Source: Vulcanimicrobiota bacterium
GTDB lineage: Bacteria; Vulcanimicrobiota; Xenobia; Xenobiales; JADMJV01
Length of the DNA: 64,000 nt
Direction of reading: 5' to 3'
Assembly: GCA_050250895.1 (NCBI GenBank)
Contig: JBFWNU010000001.1
Location: forward strand, 1,448,008 to 1,512,007
Program-made: the position numbers and the translations under genes
Notes under the pieces: generated by a model
The model's input: only the letters and a program-made list of their open reading frames with translations
Databases searched by the model: none
Told to the model about the DNA's origin: nothing
Shown here: in pieces, positions 9,607-19,443 of the stretch
Numbering within the stretch: the stretch's first letter is position 1
How the letters are laid out: every line of letters begins with the position of its first letter

Positions 9607-10935
9607 GTGAATGCACGTATCGTCTGTCGTTCCTGTGAGCGAGACGTCTTCGTCGAGGCCGCTACTGCTCTGGGATATCAGACAGGCGCCCACCATAACT
9701 GGGCAGAGCTGCTGATCCTTGATTTGCGAATCGCCGAGGCCGAAGCCCTGTGGGAAGAATATCTGAGGGCCGACCCGCCGGGTACTGTGGTGCTGCTCAC
9801 CGCTGACCGCGAGCGGTGTCTAGAGTTGCTACCGGACCTGCCCGGCAAGCCCGTGGATGTGTTGATTCCGCCCATCGAGTCCGACCGGGTCATTGCGCGT
9901 ATCGCTCGGCTGGGGCGTAGTCATCGTCCCGAGAGCTTTCTCGAGCAGTTGATCGAGCATATCCCCCACATGATTTTCGTCAAAGAGGCCAGTACGCTTC
10001 GCTTCGTCCACTTTAACGCGGCGGGCGAAAACTTGCTGGGCATTCCTCGAAGCGAACTCATCGGCAAACGCGATCAGGATTTCTTTCCCCCACACGAGAG
10101 CGATTTCTTCACCGAAAGGGATCGCGAAGTGATTGCCGGGGGTCGACCGCTAGAGATTCCCGAGGAGCCCGTCCAGACTCGCTTTGGCGAGCGCCTGTTG
10201 CGCACCATCAAGATTCCGATCCGTGATGCCCAGGGCCGTATCTGTTATCTGCTTGGCCTTTCCGAAGACATCACCGAGCAGAAACGGGCCGAAGAGGCTC
10301 TGCGCGGACTGCAAGCCCGCTTGCGTTCGGCCCAGGAGCGCGAGCGACTGTCGATCGCCCGCGAGGTTCACGACGAACTCGGCCAGCTGCTGACGGCCCT
10401 CAAGCTCGATATTGCCTGGCTCGAACGCCGATTCGAGAACGATATCGCCATTCGGGACAAGCTCGAAGGCATGACCGTGCTGGTCGACAGCACCATCGGC
10501 ACGGCCCGCCGCATCGCCCATAGCCTGCGTCCGCAGATCCTCGACGACCTGGGTCTGCTGGCCGGTCTCGACTGGTTGGTTCGCGAGATCTGCGAACGCG
10601 GTGGGGTTCGTTGTCAGGTCCATTGCGATTTTGGCGATGGTGAGCCCTCGGAGGACGTGCGAGTGGCTCTCTTTCGTATCTGCCAGGAAGCGCTGACCAA
10701 TGTGGTGCGTCATGCCCGGGCCACCCAGGCCGAAGTCACTCTCAAGGCGGTGTCGGGGTCGGTACGTCTGGTGGTAGAAGACAACGGGCAGGGGATTGCC
10801 AGCGAGAACCTCACCGGCGTCACTCTGGGTCTAGCCGGCATGCGCGAACGGGCCGAACTTTTCGGTGGCCAACTCACGATCGAGCCTGGGGCTCAGCGTG
10901 GCACCAGGCTCGAGGTCATTCTGCCTACATACTGA
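9607..10935 (+). CDS. PAS-domain sensor histidine kinase (HisKA_3/NarX-UhpB type) with degenerate receiver-like N-terminus
   Basis: PAS (FVKEA..NAAGE..DFFP, DITEQK), ERLSIAREVHDELGQ, QEALTNVVRHA, EDNGQG, GLAGMRERA. Confidence 0.9.
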   Translation: MNARIVCRSCERDVFVEAATALGYQTGAHHNWAELLILDLRIAEAEALWEEYLRADPPGTVVLLTADRERCLELLPDLPGKPVDVLIPPIESDRVIARIARLGRSHRPESFLEQLIEHIPHMIFVKEASTLRFVHFNAAGENLLGIPRSELIGKRDQDFFPPHESDFFTERDREVIAGGRPLEIPEEPVQTRFGERLLRTIKIPIRDAQGRICYLLGLSEDITEQKRAEEALRGLQARLRSAQERERLSIAREVHDELGQLLTALKLDIAWLERRFENDIAIRDKLEGMTVLVDSTIGTARRIAHSLRPQILDDLGLLAGLDWLVREICERGGVRCQVHCDFGDGEPSEDVRVALFRICQEALTNVVRHARATQAEVTLKAVSGSVRLVVEDNGQGIASENLTGVTLGLAGMRERAELFGGQLTIEPGAQRGTRLEVILPTY

Positions 10936-13033
10936 CCATGGCCACCGAGTTGACGTTGACCTTCGGGGCGATTTCGTTCCAGCTGAGCAACACCAGGTTG
11001 GGGAAGGAGCGCTCGGTCAGTTTGCGCAAGGCCGGTCGCACGGGCGGCGAGGTCAGCAGAATCGGCTGCAAACCGCGCTCTTGCAGGCTTTGCACTTGAG
11101 CCGAGATAGCCTGTAGGATCTCTTGACCGACGTTGGGGTCGAGGGTCAAGAACGAGCCCTGTTCGGTTCTCTGGATAGCCGCCTGGATGGTCTGCTCGAT
11201 TCCCGGGTCGAGGGTGATGACGTTGATGGTTCCCTCGTTGTTCATGTACTCCTTGCAGATCGAGCGCGACAGCGAAACGCGGGCGAACTCGGTGAGCATC
11301 TCGGGATCCTTGGTCATGCCGACGTTGTCGGCCAGGGTTTCTAGAATCGACACCAGGTCACGGATAGAGACGCGTTCTTTGACCAGGTTCTGAAGCACCT
11401 TCTGGCATTCGCCCAGAGTAAGAGCATCGGGAATGACCTCTTTGACCACGGCCGGGTGGGTCTTCTTGATGGTGTCGATGAGAGCCTGAACTTCTTGGCG
11501 ACCCAGCAGCTCGCTGGCGTGGCTGCGAACCACCTCGGTCAACTGGGTGGCCACTACCGATACCGGGTCGAAGATCATACAACCGTAGCGCTCGGCGTCG
11601 CCGCGCTGTTCGGGCGAGATCCAGACGCCCGGCATTCCGTAGGTCGGGTCGACCGTCTTGATACCGCGCAGATTCTTGAGTTTGTCTTCAGGACCGATGG
11701 CCAGGAACTGGTTAACCTGGACCTCGCCCTGCGCGACCTCGATCTCTTTGATCTTGATGACGTAAGTGTTCGGTTTGAGCTGCAGGTTGTCGCGGAAACG
11801 CACGCCCGGAACCACGATACCGAGTTCCATGGCCACGTGACGGCGAATCGAGGTTACGCGTTCGAGCAGTTTGGCGCCCTGGTTGGGGTCCACCAGACTC
11901 AGCAGGCCACGACCGACCTCCAGCGAGATGGGGTCGACCTGCATCAATTGGACGACGCTCTCGGGCTTCTTGTTCTCTTTCTTCTTGGACTCTTGAACGT
12001 CTTGCTCGACCACTTCTTGAACGACTTCTTTGGACTTGGTCAAGACCACGCCGAAGTAGTAGAAGAATCCGCCGAGCACCAAAAAGGGGATCGGCGGGAA
12101 GGCTACCAGCCCGGTAAAGCCCAGCAGCGAGATCATGACCATAAAGCCGGCCGACAGCTTCATTACGTCGGGTCGGGCCGTGATCTGCTTGGCTAAGTCG
12201 TCACCGAGGTTGGAGTCCGAGGCGGCGCGGGATACCACCATACCCATCGAAGTCGACATCAGGAAGGCCGGCACCGTGGTCACCAGGCCGTTGCCGATGC
12301 TCAAAATAGCGTAGGTGTTAAGGGCGTCGCCGGCGCTCATTCCGTGATAGAGAATGCCGATCAAGATACCGCCCACGACGTTGACGATCATAATCACGAT
12401 CGACGCCATCGAGTCGCCTTTGACGAACTTACCGGCACCGTCCATCGAGCCGTAGAAGTCTGATTCGCGTTCGATTTGACGCCGCTTGAACTTGGCCTCG
12501 TCGGCGTTGATGGTGCCCGAGTGCAGGTCGGCGTCGATGGCCATCTGCTTACCCGGCATGGCATCGAGGGTAAAGCGGGCGGCCACCTGGGCGATACGCT
12601 CGGCACCGTTGGTGATGACCATCAGCTGAATGATGATGAGAATCAAAAACATGACGAAGCCGACTACCAGGTTGCCGCCGACCACGACCTTACCGAAGGC
12701 CGGAATCAGCCGGCCGGCACCGATGGGGTCGCCGGTTACAGGGTCTTTGATGTTACCGTAGAGCAGCACCATGCGGGTGGAAGACACGTCGAGAGCGAGT
12801 CGAAACAACGTCGCCACCAGCAACAAAGTTGGAAATACCGAGAATTCGAGAGGTTCTTCGATGTAGATCGAAATGAGGATGGTGATAATGGCCGAGGCGA
12901 TGTTGAGCACCAGCAACATGTCGAGCAGCTCGGGGGGCATCGGCACGATCAGCATGAACACGATGCCGATGACGCCGACCGCGGTGGCCACGTCCGAGAA
13001 CTTGAGTAGTTTAATTAAAGGATGGTCTTGCAC
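10925..13033 (-). CDS. flhA: type III export gate FlhA
   Basis: FSVFPTLLL, AARFTLDAMPGKQMAIDADL, DFYGSMDGAGKFVKGD, large cytoplasmic domain with LVKERVSIRDL. Confidence 0.97.
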   Translation of the reverse strand: MQDHPLIKLLKFSDVATAVGVIGIVFMLIVPMPPELLDMLLVLNIASAIITILISIYIEEPLEFSVFPTLLLVATLFRLALDVSSTRMVLLYGNIKDPVTGDPIGAGRLIPAFGKVVVGGNLVVGFVMFLILIIIQLMVITNGAERIAQVAARFTLDAMPGKQMAIDADLHSGTINADEAKFKRRQIERESDFYGSMDGAGKFVKGDSMASIVIMIVNVVGGILIGILYHGMSAGDALNTYAILSIGNGLVTTVPAFLMSTSMGMVVSRAASDSNLGDDLAKQITARPDVMKLSAGFMVMISLLGFTGLVAFPPIPFLVLGGFFYYFGVVLTKSKEVVQEVVEQDVQESKKKENKKPESVVQLMQVDPISLEVGRGLLSLVDPNQGAKLLERVTSIRRHVAMELGIVVPGVRFRDNLQLKPNTYVIKIKEIEVAQGEVQVNQFLAIGPEDKLKNLRGIKTVDPTYGMPGVWISPEQRGDAERYGCMIFDPVSVVATQLTEVVRSHASELLGRQEVQALIDTIKKTHPAVVKEVIPDALTLGECQKVLQNLVKERVSIRDLVSILETLADNVGMTKDPEMLTEFARVSLSRSICKEYMNNEGTINVITLDPGIEQTIQAAIQRTEQGSFLTLDPNVGQEILQAISAQVQSLQERGLQPILLTSPPVRPALRKLTERSFPNLVLLSWNEIAPKVNVNSVAMVSM

Positions 13034-13049
13034 GCTCGCTCCTTAGCCT

Positions 13050-14135
13050 CTACCGTCGTTTCTGTCTTCTCATCTGTCGTTTTCGCTTCAATTTTATGAC
13101 ATAGGCCAGAACTTCGGCCACCGCCTTGTAGAGCTCGGTGGGGATGGCCTGGCCCACTTCGCAGGCTCCGAACAGAGTTCGGGCCAGCTCGACGTTCTCT
13201 ACGATGGGCACATCGTGGTCTTCGGCCAGCACCTTGATCTGCTGGGCAATCAGCTTTTCGCCTTTGGCTACCACCGTGGGCACCGGCGATTCGTCCTTAT
13301 CGTATTTGAGCGCAATGGCCAGGTGGGTGGGGTTGGTGACCACCGCCGACGAGTTGGGAACCTCTTCCATCATGCGACCCTGCGAACCCTGGCGCATCAA
13401 CTGGCGCAGCTTGGCTTTGACCTGGGGGTTACCTTCGGTCTCTTTATACTCGTCTTTGAGTTCCTGGAAGCTCATCTTCATCTGCTTCATGAACTGCTTG
13501 TACTGAAAGGCGTAGTCGACCGCCGCGATGACGGTCATGCCGATCAAGACCTTCTTGACGATCTGCATGCAAATCGAAGTCACCAGTTGAGTGGTGGTGA
13601 GCAATTCCCAGTCGGCAGCCAGCATGAAGTTGGCCAGTTCTCCTTTGACCACCGACAGACAGATCCACCCCACGATCGTCAGCTTGGCGATCTGCTTGAA
13701 CAGCTCCATCAGCGACTTCATCGAGAAGATGCGCTTGAAGCCCTCGACCGGGTTGATCTTGTTGAGGGTGGGCTTGAGCGGCTCGAAGGTGAACAGCAGC
13801 TTGATCTGGGCCACGTTAGCGATGACTGCCATGATGAACACGCCCGCCAACAGGGGAGCCAGGGCAATAGCCACCGTGCCGACCCACCAGATCATCTCTG
13901 GCAGTAGCTCGCGCTCTTCGAAATTGTAATAAGGGATCTGCTCCCAGGCCTTTTTGGTAAAATCGGTGATGGTTTTCCACATGAAGCCACCGGCCGCATA
14001 CAGCATGCCGACGGCCGCCAGCAAGCCGGCGGTCGAAATGACCTCCTGGCTCTTCATCACCTGGCCTTTCTTGCGTTGCTCTTGAAGTTTATGTTCGGTT
14101 GGTTCTTCGGTTTTATCGCTATCCTGGCCACCCAA
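13050..14135 (-). CDS. flhB: export switch protein FlhB
   Basis: KTEEPT, EYKETEGNP, intact NPTH autocleavage motif, IVENVELAR. Confidence 0.97.
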   Translation of the reverse strand: MGGQDSDKTEEPTEHKLQEQRKKGQVMKSQEVISTAGLLAAVGMLYAAGGFMWKTITDFTKKAWEQIPYYNFEERELLPEMIWWVGTVAIALAPLLAGVFIMAVIANVAQIKLLFTFEPLKPTLNKINPVEGFKRIFSMKSLMELFKQIAKLTIVGWICLSVVKGELANFMLAADWELLTTTQLVTSICMQIVKKVLIGMTVIAAVDYAFQYKQFMKQMKMSFQELKDEYKETEGNPQVKAKLRQLMRQGSQGRMMEEVPNSSAVVTNPTHLAIALKYDKDESPVPTVVAKGEKLIAQQIKVLAEDHDVPIVENVELARTLFGACEVGQAIPTELYKAVAEVLAYVIKLKRKRQMRRQKRR

Positions 14136-14153
14136 AGCTGCCTCACCTCCTTT

Positions 14154-14954
14154 CTATTTTGGCGTTACTTCTCCGATAGTCCTGAAGACATCATCCAGAC
14201 AGATGTCGAACTGTTTTGTCAGCATGGTCAAAATGACCGGCAACCCGACCGAGAACATGGTCAAGCCGACGGCGATGTTGAGCGGGAAGCTCAACATGAA
14301 AACGTTCATTTGGGGGGCCACCCGGGCCAACAGCCCCAGCGCCACCTGAGTGATAAAGAGTGCGGCCAGCGCGGGCGAAGCGATCTGCAGGCCGATCACG
14401 AAGATCGAGGCGCTGATATCCACGAAGTGCGAGACCAGGTTTCCGTCGACGTTAAAGCCGGTCAGGGGCACGACCTCGAAGCTCTTGTAGATGGCGATCA
14501 TCAGCTGGTGATGGCCGTCGACCACGAGATAGAGCAGCATCGCGATGTAGAAATTCAGGCGCATCAGCAGTTTCGAGGCGCCGCCTGAGGAGGGGTCCAT
14601 GGAGGCGGCTACCGACAGACCCATCTGGATGTCCATCATTTCGCCGCCAAACTGAGCCGCCGCCATCACCGTAAACGAGGCGAACCCGATGGCCAGGCCC
14701 ACCACCAACTGAGTCAGGATGGCCAGAATAAAGCCCAGGGGCTCGGTGGGAAAATAGGCGGGAATGGGCAGATTGGGAAAGGCGACGATCGTCAACAGCG
14801 AGGCGATACCGATGCGCACCTTCGAGTTGTAGTGCTTACTACCGAAGATCGGGGCCTGAATCATCACCATCACGATGCGAGCAAAGGCTAGCAGCCCGCA
14901 CCCCAGTGCGATCCAGAGGACCTCGTTGATTTCGCGCTGTCCTGCCATGGCCAT
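14154..14954 (-). CDS. fliR: export gate FliR
   Basis: GEMMDIQMGL, DGHH, ARVAPQMNVF; position between fliQ and flhB. Confidence 0.95.
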   Translation of the reverse strand: MAMAGQREINEVLWIALGCGLLAFARIVMVMIQAPIFGSKHYNSKVRIGIASLLTIVAFPNLPIPAYFPTEPLGFILAILTQLVVGLAIGFASFTVMAAAQFGGEMMDIQMGLSVAASMDPSSGGASKLLMRLNFYIAMLLYLVVDGHHQLMIAIYKSFEVVPLTGFNVDGNLVSHFVDISASIFVIGLQIASPALAALFITQVALGLLARVAPQMNVFMLSFPLNIAVGLTMFSVGLPVILTMLTKQFDICLDDVFRTIGEVTPK

Positions 14955-14960
14955 CGTGCG

Positions 14961-15260
14961 TTACCCCGATGGTCCTATGCTGCCCACGTCGGTAAAGATG
15001 CGGATGGCGTAACTGCTGACCATGTTGGCAATCCAGGTTCCGCAGACCACCAGCGAGAGGAACGTGGCCACGATCTTGGGCACGAACGACAGGGTCTGTT
15101 CCTGTACCTGAGTCGTGGCTTGCAAGATACTGATAAATAGACCGACTGCCAGAGCCGACATCAACATGGGGGCAGAGAGGATCAAGATGAGATACAATGC
15201 CTCCGTACAGATCTCCATGATGTAGGCATCTGTGAACATCTCTTCAGCGAATATCAGCAT
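14961..15260 (-). CDS. fliQ: export gate FliQ
   Basis: GLFISILQATTQVQEQTLSFVPK. Confidence 0.96.
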   Translation of the reverse strand: MLIFAEEMFTDAYIMEICTEALYLILILSAPMLMSALAVGLFISILQATTQVQEQTLSFVPKIVATFLSLVVCGTWIANMVSSYAIRIFTDVGSIGPSG

Positions 15261-15305
15261 GTCGTTTCCTCCCTTCTTGAAAAATAGTCAACCAACGAGC
15301 CGCAC

Positions 15306-16106
15306 CTATGGAGGCATGTTCTCCATGTGGAAGCTCTTGACCAGGCCTTTGATGATCAGGTGCCAACCGTCGATCATGACGAACAGCAACAGTTTGAACG
15401 GCAAAGAGATGGTCATCGGGCTGAGCATGAACATACCCATCGACATCAGCACCGAGGCCACAATCATATCGATGACCAGAAATGGCAGATAGAGCAAGAA
15501 GCCGATCTCGAAGGCGGTCTTGATCTCGGAGAGCACGAAAGCCGGCAACAGAACGTAGATGGGCGCGTCGTTGCGCGACTCGACCTTCTGTTGAGACAGT
15601 TCCAGGAAGAGGATCAGGTCCTTGTCGCGGCACTGCAACAGCATGAACTGTCGGGGCGGGGTAGTCAGCTTGACCATGAACTCTGGCTGCTCCATGGTGC
15701 CGGCCAGATAGGGCTGGATGGCCTCCTTGTTCATCTTGATCCCGACCGGGGCCATGACGTACATGGTGATGAAGAGCGCCAGGCCCATCAACACCTGGGT
15801 AGACGGCACCTGTTGCGTGCCCAGGGCGGTGCGCAAGAAGCTCAGCGTGATGGTCGTCCTGATGAAGGCGGTGCTCATGATCAGGATGTACGGGGCCAAC
15901 GTCAAGGTGGTCAGGAAGAACATGACCTGCAGGAACGATGAGGTCTTGGCTCGTTCGTCCTGGTTGGCTCCGTCGATGGTGATCTTGGGCATCTCGATGC
16001 TGGGGAACTCGTTCTGGGCCTCGACCGGAGAGTAGGCGCCGATCAGACCCACCAGCACCACGGCCAGGAGGAGAATGCCCAACCAGCGGCCGGTTCGAGC
16101 GCTCAT
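15306..16106 (-). CDS. fliP: export gate FliP (with N-terminal signal peptide)
   Basis: PAFVLSEIKTAFEIGF, YLPFLVIDM, ISLPFKLLLFVMIDGW. Confidence 0.96.
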   Translation of the reverse strand: MSARTGRWLGILLLAVVLVGLIGAYSPVEAQNEFPSIEMPKITIDGANQDERAKTSSFLQVMFFLTTLTLAPYILIMSTAFIRTTITLSFLRTALGTQQVPSTQVLMGLALFITMYVMAPVGIKMNKEAIQPYLAGTMEQPEFMVKLTTPPRQFMLLQCRDKDLILFLELSQQKVESRNDAPIYVLLPAFVLSEIKTAFEIGFLLYLPFLVIDMIVASVLMSMGMFMLSPMTISLPFKLLLFVMIDGWHLIIKGLVKSFHMENMPP

Positions 16107-16759
16107 TTCTTCACCCCCATGCCGGGTAGAATCGAGGCGTAGTGGCGCAAAATTTCTTTGTAAGACTGAGGCGGGTCGCCGGACTCGGTGGTGTCGACCT
16201 TGATCGGGCGAGCCGCTTCAAGCTCTTCGGTGGTCAGCTCGCAAAGGGGATTCATGGCGTGCTCGGTCATGCCCACCACCAGGATCTTGCCGGCCACCTC
16301 GACCAGGGAGATGGAATGGGTATGGCTCAGGCGCTGGGTCTCGAGCACTTTGAGGAGGGGCTCACTGGCGCTGGACTTGCCGAAGACCCCGGGGGCGATG
16401 GTGGCCAGGCCCTTCAGAGTGCCCCACACCAGCAGGCAGGTGAGGATGAGCGGCAGCATCAAAGCCCGCAGGTCGGCCAGAAAGCCGTCGTTGGGGGCCC
16501 AATCCGGATCGACTCTGGGGTTCCAGGGGTGGGCCTGACCATAGCTGGGGCCCACCTGATGCTGACTGGGGTTGAGGGCCTCACCGAAGGTTACCGGTCG
16601 CTTGTCGGTCTGGCTGTGAGCCGGCGGTGAGGCGGGCGCGTCTTTGGGCCGCGGCGTGATCCGGGCCAGGGTGAACAGCAGCAGGATGAGCATGCAGGCC
16701 ATGGCGCCCGCCACCAACGGAGAGTTACGCCCAGCCTTGTTATAACCCACACCCTGCAT
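16103..16759 (-). CDS. fliO: FliO-like export chaperone
   Basis: TM helix followed by LKVLETQRLS..ISLVEVAGKILVVGMT; position upstream of fliP. Confidence 0.8.
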   Translation of the reverse strand: MQGVGYNKAGRNSPLVAGAMACMLILLLFTLARITPRPKDAPASPPAHSQTDKRPVTFGEALNPSQHQVGPSYGQAHPWNPRVDPDWAPNDGFLADLRALMLPLILTCLLVWGTLKGLATIAPGVFGKSSASEPLLKVLETQRLSHTHSISLVEVAGKILVVGMTEHAMNPLCELTTEELEAARPIKVDTTESGDPPQSYKEILRHYASILPGMGVKK

Positions 16760-17031
16760 CAATTCATCAATTCGGTGATCCGAACTCCGTAATTTCCCTC
16801 GATCTCTACTACTTCGCCCCTGGCGATGAGGGTCCCGTTGACCACCAGGTCGACGGGGTCGTTGCCGTCTTTGTCGAGTTCGATCACCGCTCCCTCACCG
16901 AATTTCAACACGTCACGCACGCTCTTGGTGGTTCGCCCCATCTCGGCTTCGACGATAAAAGGCACGTCGTAAAGGATGGTAAGATCTTCCCTTTTCTTGG
17001 GCCGTTGAGGCTGTGCGTTGTAATCTTCCAC
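16759..17031 (-). CDS. fliN: FliN/SpoA-domain C-ring protein (copy 2)
   Basis: DVPFIVEAEMG, GAVIELDK, PVDLVVNG, ARGEVV, YGVRITE. Confidence 0.88.
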   Translation of the reverse strand: MEDYNAQPQRPKKREDLTILYDVPFIVEAEMGRTTKSVRDVLKFGEGAVIELDKDGNDPVDLVVNGTLIARGEVVEIEGNYGVRITELMN

Positions 17032-17333
17032 TATTTCACAATCTCCGTGATGCGAACGCCATACTGACCATCGATCTCGACCACCTCGCCCCGAGCGATG
17101 GCCTTATTGTTGACCAGAATGTCGACCGGCTCACCGATTTCCTTGTCGAGTTCGACCACCGAGCCCACCTGCAGGCGCAGAATATCCCGCACCAGGCGGC
17201 GGGTCTTGCCCAACTCAGCCTGGACTACCAGAGCGACGTCTTTGAGCAGATCGATCGTGTTGGCGTTGGCCCCCTCGGCCACGCTGCCCTCGAGCTGGCC
17301 GAATTGAACCGCTCGGGGTCCTTGATCACTCAT
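17031..17333 (-). CDS. fliN: FliN/SpoA-domain C-ring protein (copy 1)
   Basis: IDLLKDV, ELGKT, GSVVELDK, GEPVDILVN, ARGEVV, YGVRITEI. Confidence 0.92.
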   Translation of the reverse strand: MSDQGPRAVQFGQLEGSVAEGANANTIDLLKDVALVVQAELGKTRRLVRDILRLQVGSVVELDKEIGEPVDILVNNKAIARGEVVEIDGQYGVRITEIVK

Positions 17334-18309
17334 CGTATTCTTCGTCTCCCTCTTGCAGAACTCGGTTGATCTTGGCAGCCAGCCGACCGTCTTTGATGCC
17401 GGGCTGGCCGAGAAACTTGGTCTTGTTGTTGACCTTGATTCGCAACGGGTCGCGAATCTCTGAATCCAGGCGGATGGTGTCGCCTACCTCGATGGTTAGC
17501 AGCTCTTGAAAGAGCAGTTCGGCGCGGCCCAAACTGACAGAAACCGGCACTTTGGCATTGTGGATGTGCTCGGGAAAGATGATTTTATCATCTTTGGGCG
17601 CCTGGAAGGTGGTGGTCAGCATGAACTCGTCAAACGACCGCTTGGGGATCATCTCTTTGAGATAGCGGAAAGGCACGCAGACGTTGATCAGGCCTTGAGC
17701 CTGGGCCACATCGACCTGGAAGGCGGTCACCACCATCGTCTCGGAGGGGGCGCAGATATAGACGGCATTGGGGTTGAACTCGAGGCTTTGAAACTGGGCC
17801 TCGACCTGGCCGACATCTTTCCAGGCGTCGCCAAAAGCCGATAGCATACGGCCCAGCGGTTTCTTCAGGATGGCCTTCTCGAGATCGGTAAAATAGGGTC
17901 GCAGCTCTTCTCGCGGGGGAGCGCCCTTGCCACCCATCAAGCGCTCGAAGATGGCAAAGGAGAGGTCGAAATCGATGTCGATGAAGCCCGAGGTGTTGTC
18001 ATTGAGGCGGAAGACCAGCACCGGGGTGGGCTCGGGCAAGGAATTCAGGTAGGAGTGGTAGGGAAAGGTCTTGAGCTTGATCAGCTCCATCTGGAAACGC
18101 GACTGGAGCAGGGGAGCCAACTGGGTGACCACCGCCTCGGAAAAGCCCACGAAAATCTTCTCCAGAAAGCGGTTCTGGTCTGAGGTGAATTTTTCGGTCT
18201 GACGAAAGTCAAAGGTGCTGGCACCCTGAAACCGCTGCCGCTGAGCTGCTCTCATCGCTTGGTCGAATCTTCCGCCATTTCCCAATTTCTCTCGGCCCTC
18301 CACGGGCAA
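17326..18309 (-). CDS. fliM: C-ring protein FliM (lacks N-terminal CheY-binding peptide)
   Basis: FDFRQTEKF, RLMGGKG (FliG-binding GGxG), FTDLE, C-terminal SpoA domain; exact start uncertain. Confidence 0.9.
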   Translation of the reverse strand: MPVEGREKLGNGGRFDQAMRAAQRQRFQGASTFDFRQTEKFTSDQNRFLEKIFVGFSEAVVTQLAPLLQSRFQMELIKLKTFPYHSYLNSLPEPTPVLVFRLNDNTSGFIDIDFDLSFAIFERLMGGKGAPPREELRPYFTDLEKAILKKPLGRMLSAFGDAWKDVGQVEAQFQSLEFNPNAVYICAPSETMVVTAFQVDVAQAQGLINVCVPFRYLKEMIPKRSFDEFMLTTTFQAPKDDKIIFPEHIHNAKVPVSVSLGRAELLFQELLTIEVGDTIRLDSEIRDPLRIKVNNKTKFLGQPGIKDGRLAAKINRVLQEGDEEYDE

Positions 18310-18456
18310 TCGGACCCCCGTCCGCTACCCTACGACTCCCCCATTCGTCCGGATTCGTCGAGGGAGCGAGGTACCCTGGTTTTAACTCTCGCTTTTGGGC
18401 CGACAGCGAGACCAGGTTAGAGTCAGAAGGCCATCCGATGAGGATGGCTCTCAAGA

Positions 18457-18479
18457 AGCGGGCGCCCGAGGCGCCCGCT
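18457..18479 (-). terminator. stem-loop downstream of flgE-like gene
   Basis: AGCGGGCGCC-cga-GGCGCCCGCT perfect 10-bp stem; only a weak U-tract on the minus strand. Confidence 0.5.
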
Positions 18480-18492
18480 CGCCTTGGGAAGA

Positions 18493-19308
18493 CTATCGAA
18501 CCAGACCGAGAGCGGACTGGGTGAGCTTGTCCATAGCCCGGAAGGAGGCCATGTTGGCTTCGAAATTCTGCTTGGTCATGCCGATAGCAGCACCTTCTTG
18601 CATGAAGTCGACGTTAGAGAGTTCGAGGCTGCCGGGAGCGATGCTGCCCAGCGCACCCTGGCCGGCCACCCCGATGACGGCGCCGCCCGAATCGGCCGAC
18701 TCGACAAAGCTGGTGGTTCCCGAGCGCTCGAGCGACCCGGCGTTGGCGAATGAGGCCACGGCGGTTTGATAGATGGGAGTGGTGGTGGTGATCTGCTGCC
18801 CCGTGACGGGGTCGGTCATGGTGGCTTCACCATAGAGCTTACCGGTGTCGTCGAAGTGGAAGCCAGTGTATTTTCCGCCGTAAAGATTGGTGTTGGGATC
18901 GAGAGTCAACTCGATCGGCTTGGAGTCGCCCGAGATGTTGCCCTGCGAGTCGAGGGGGAAGCCCATCACCGACTTGCCCATCGCGTCTTTGAGCGAGCCG
19001 TCTTGCCAGGTGAAGCGACCGTCGCGGGTGTAGTGGTTCTGGAAGCCGTCGTTGACCACGAAGAACCCCTGACCGTTGATGGCCAGGTTGGTGTTGGTTT
19101 GGGTTTTGAAAATCTGGCCCTGATCGAAGGAGACGTTGTTTTTCTTGACTTTGGCGCCGCCAGCCAGGGTCGAACTCATAATGTCGTTGAACTGGACCAC
19201 TTCGGCCTTGTAGCCGGGAGTAAACTGGTTCTTGATGTTCTCGAATCGGCTCTGCAGAATCTCCTGGTTTTGAGCCATGTTGTTGGCAGCGTAGTTAAAA
19301 TCAAACAT
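18493..19308 (-). CDS. flgE: short hook/rod family protein (FlgE/FlgG-like, 271 aa)
   Basis: TPGYK, LAINGQGFF, YTRDGRF, LELSNVD; sits at the flgE position of the operon. Confidence 0.75.
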   Translation of the reverse strand: MFDFNYAANNMAQNQEILQSRFENIKNQFTPGYKAEVVQFNDIMSSTLAGGAKVKKNNVSFDQGQIFKTQTNTNLAINGQGFFVVNDGFQNHYTRDGRFTWQDGSLKDAMGKSVMGFPLDSQGNISGDSKPIELTLDPNTNLYGGKYTGFHFDDTGKLYGEATMTDPVTGQQITTTTPIYQTAVASFANAGSLERSGTTSFVESADSGGAVIGVAGQGALGSIAPGSLELSNVDFMQEGAAIGMTKQNFEANMASFRAMDKLTQSALGLVR

Positions 19309-19404
19309 TCGAAATGGTCCTCTCCTTATTTCAACCCTGTGGTGCGGGGCTGTCCCGCTGTTTCTTTCCTACAAAATTCCTCGATTTTAGAGTAACCGAG
19401 GGCA

Positions 19405-19443
19405 GTTACATGGGCGTTACCGGCCTGTTAACGAAAAGTTAAC
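19405..19443 (-). promoter_or_regulatory. four 11-bp-period GTTAAC-like direct repeats upstream of flgE
   Basis: GTTACA-N5-GTTACC-N5-GTTAAC-N5-GTTAAC; TAAAAT -10-like hexamer on minus strand at 19389-19384. Confidence 0.7.

Noticed and set aside
15380-15460. FliP methionine gasket reads MFM instead of MMM
   Set aside because: A conservative hydrophobic change that I recall also in ordinary flagellar FliP; not diagnostic
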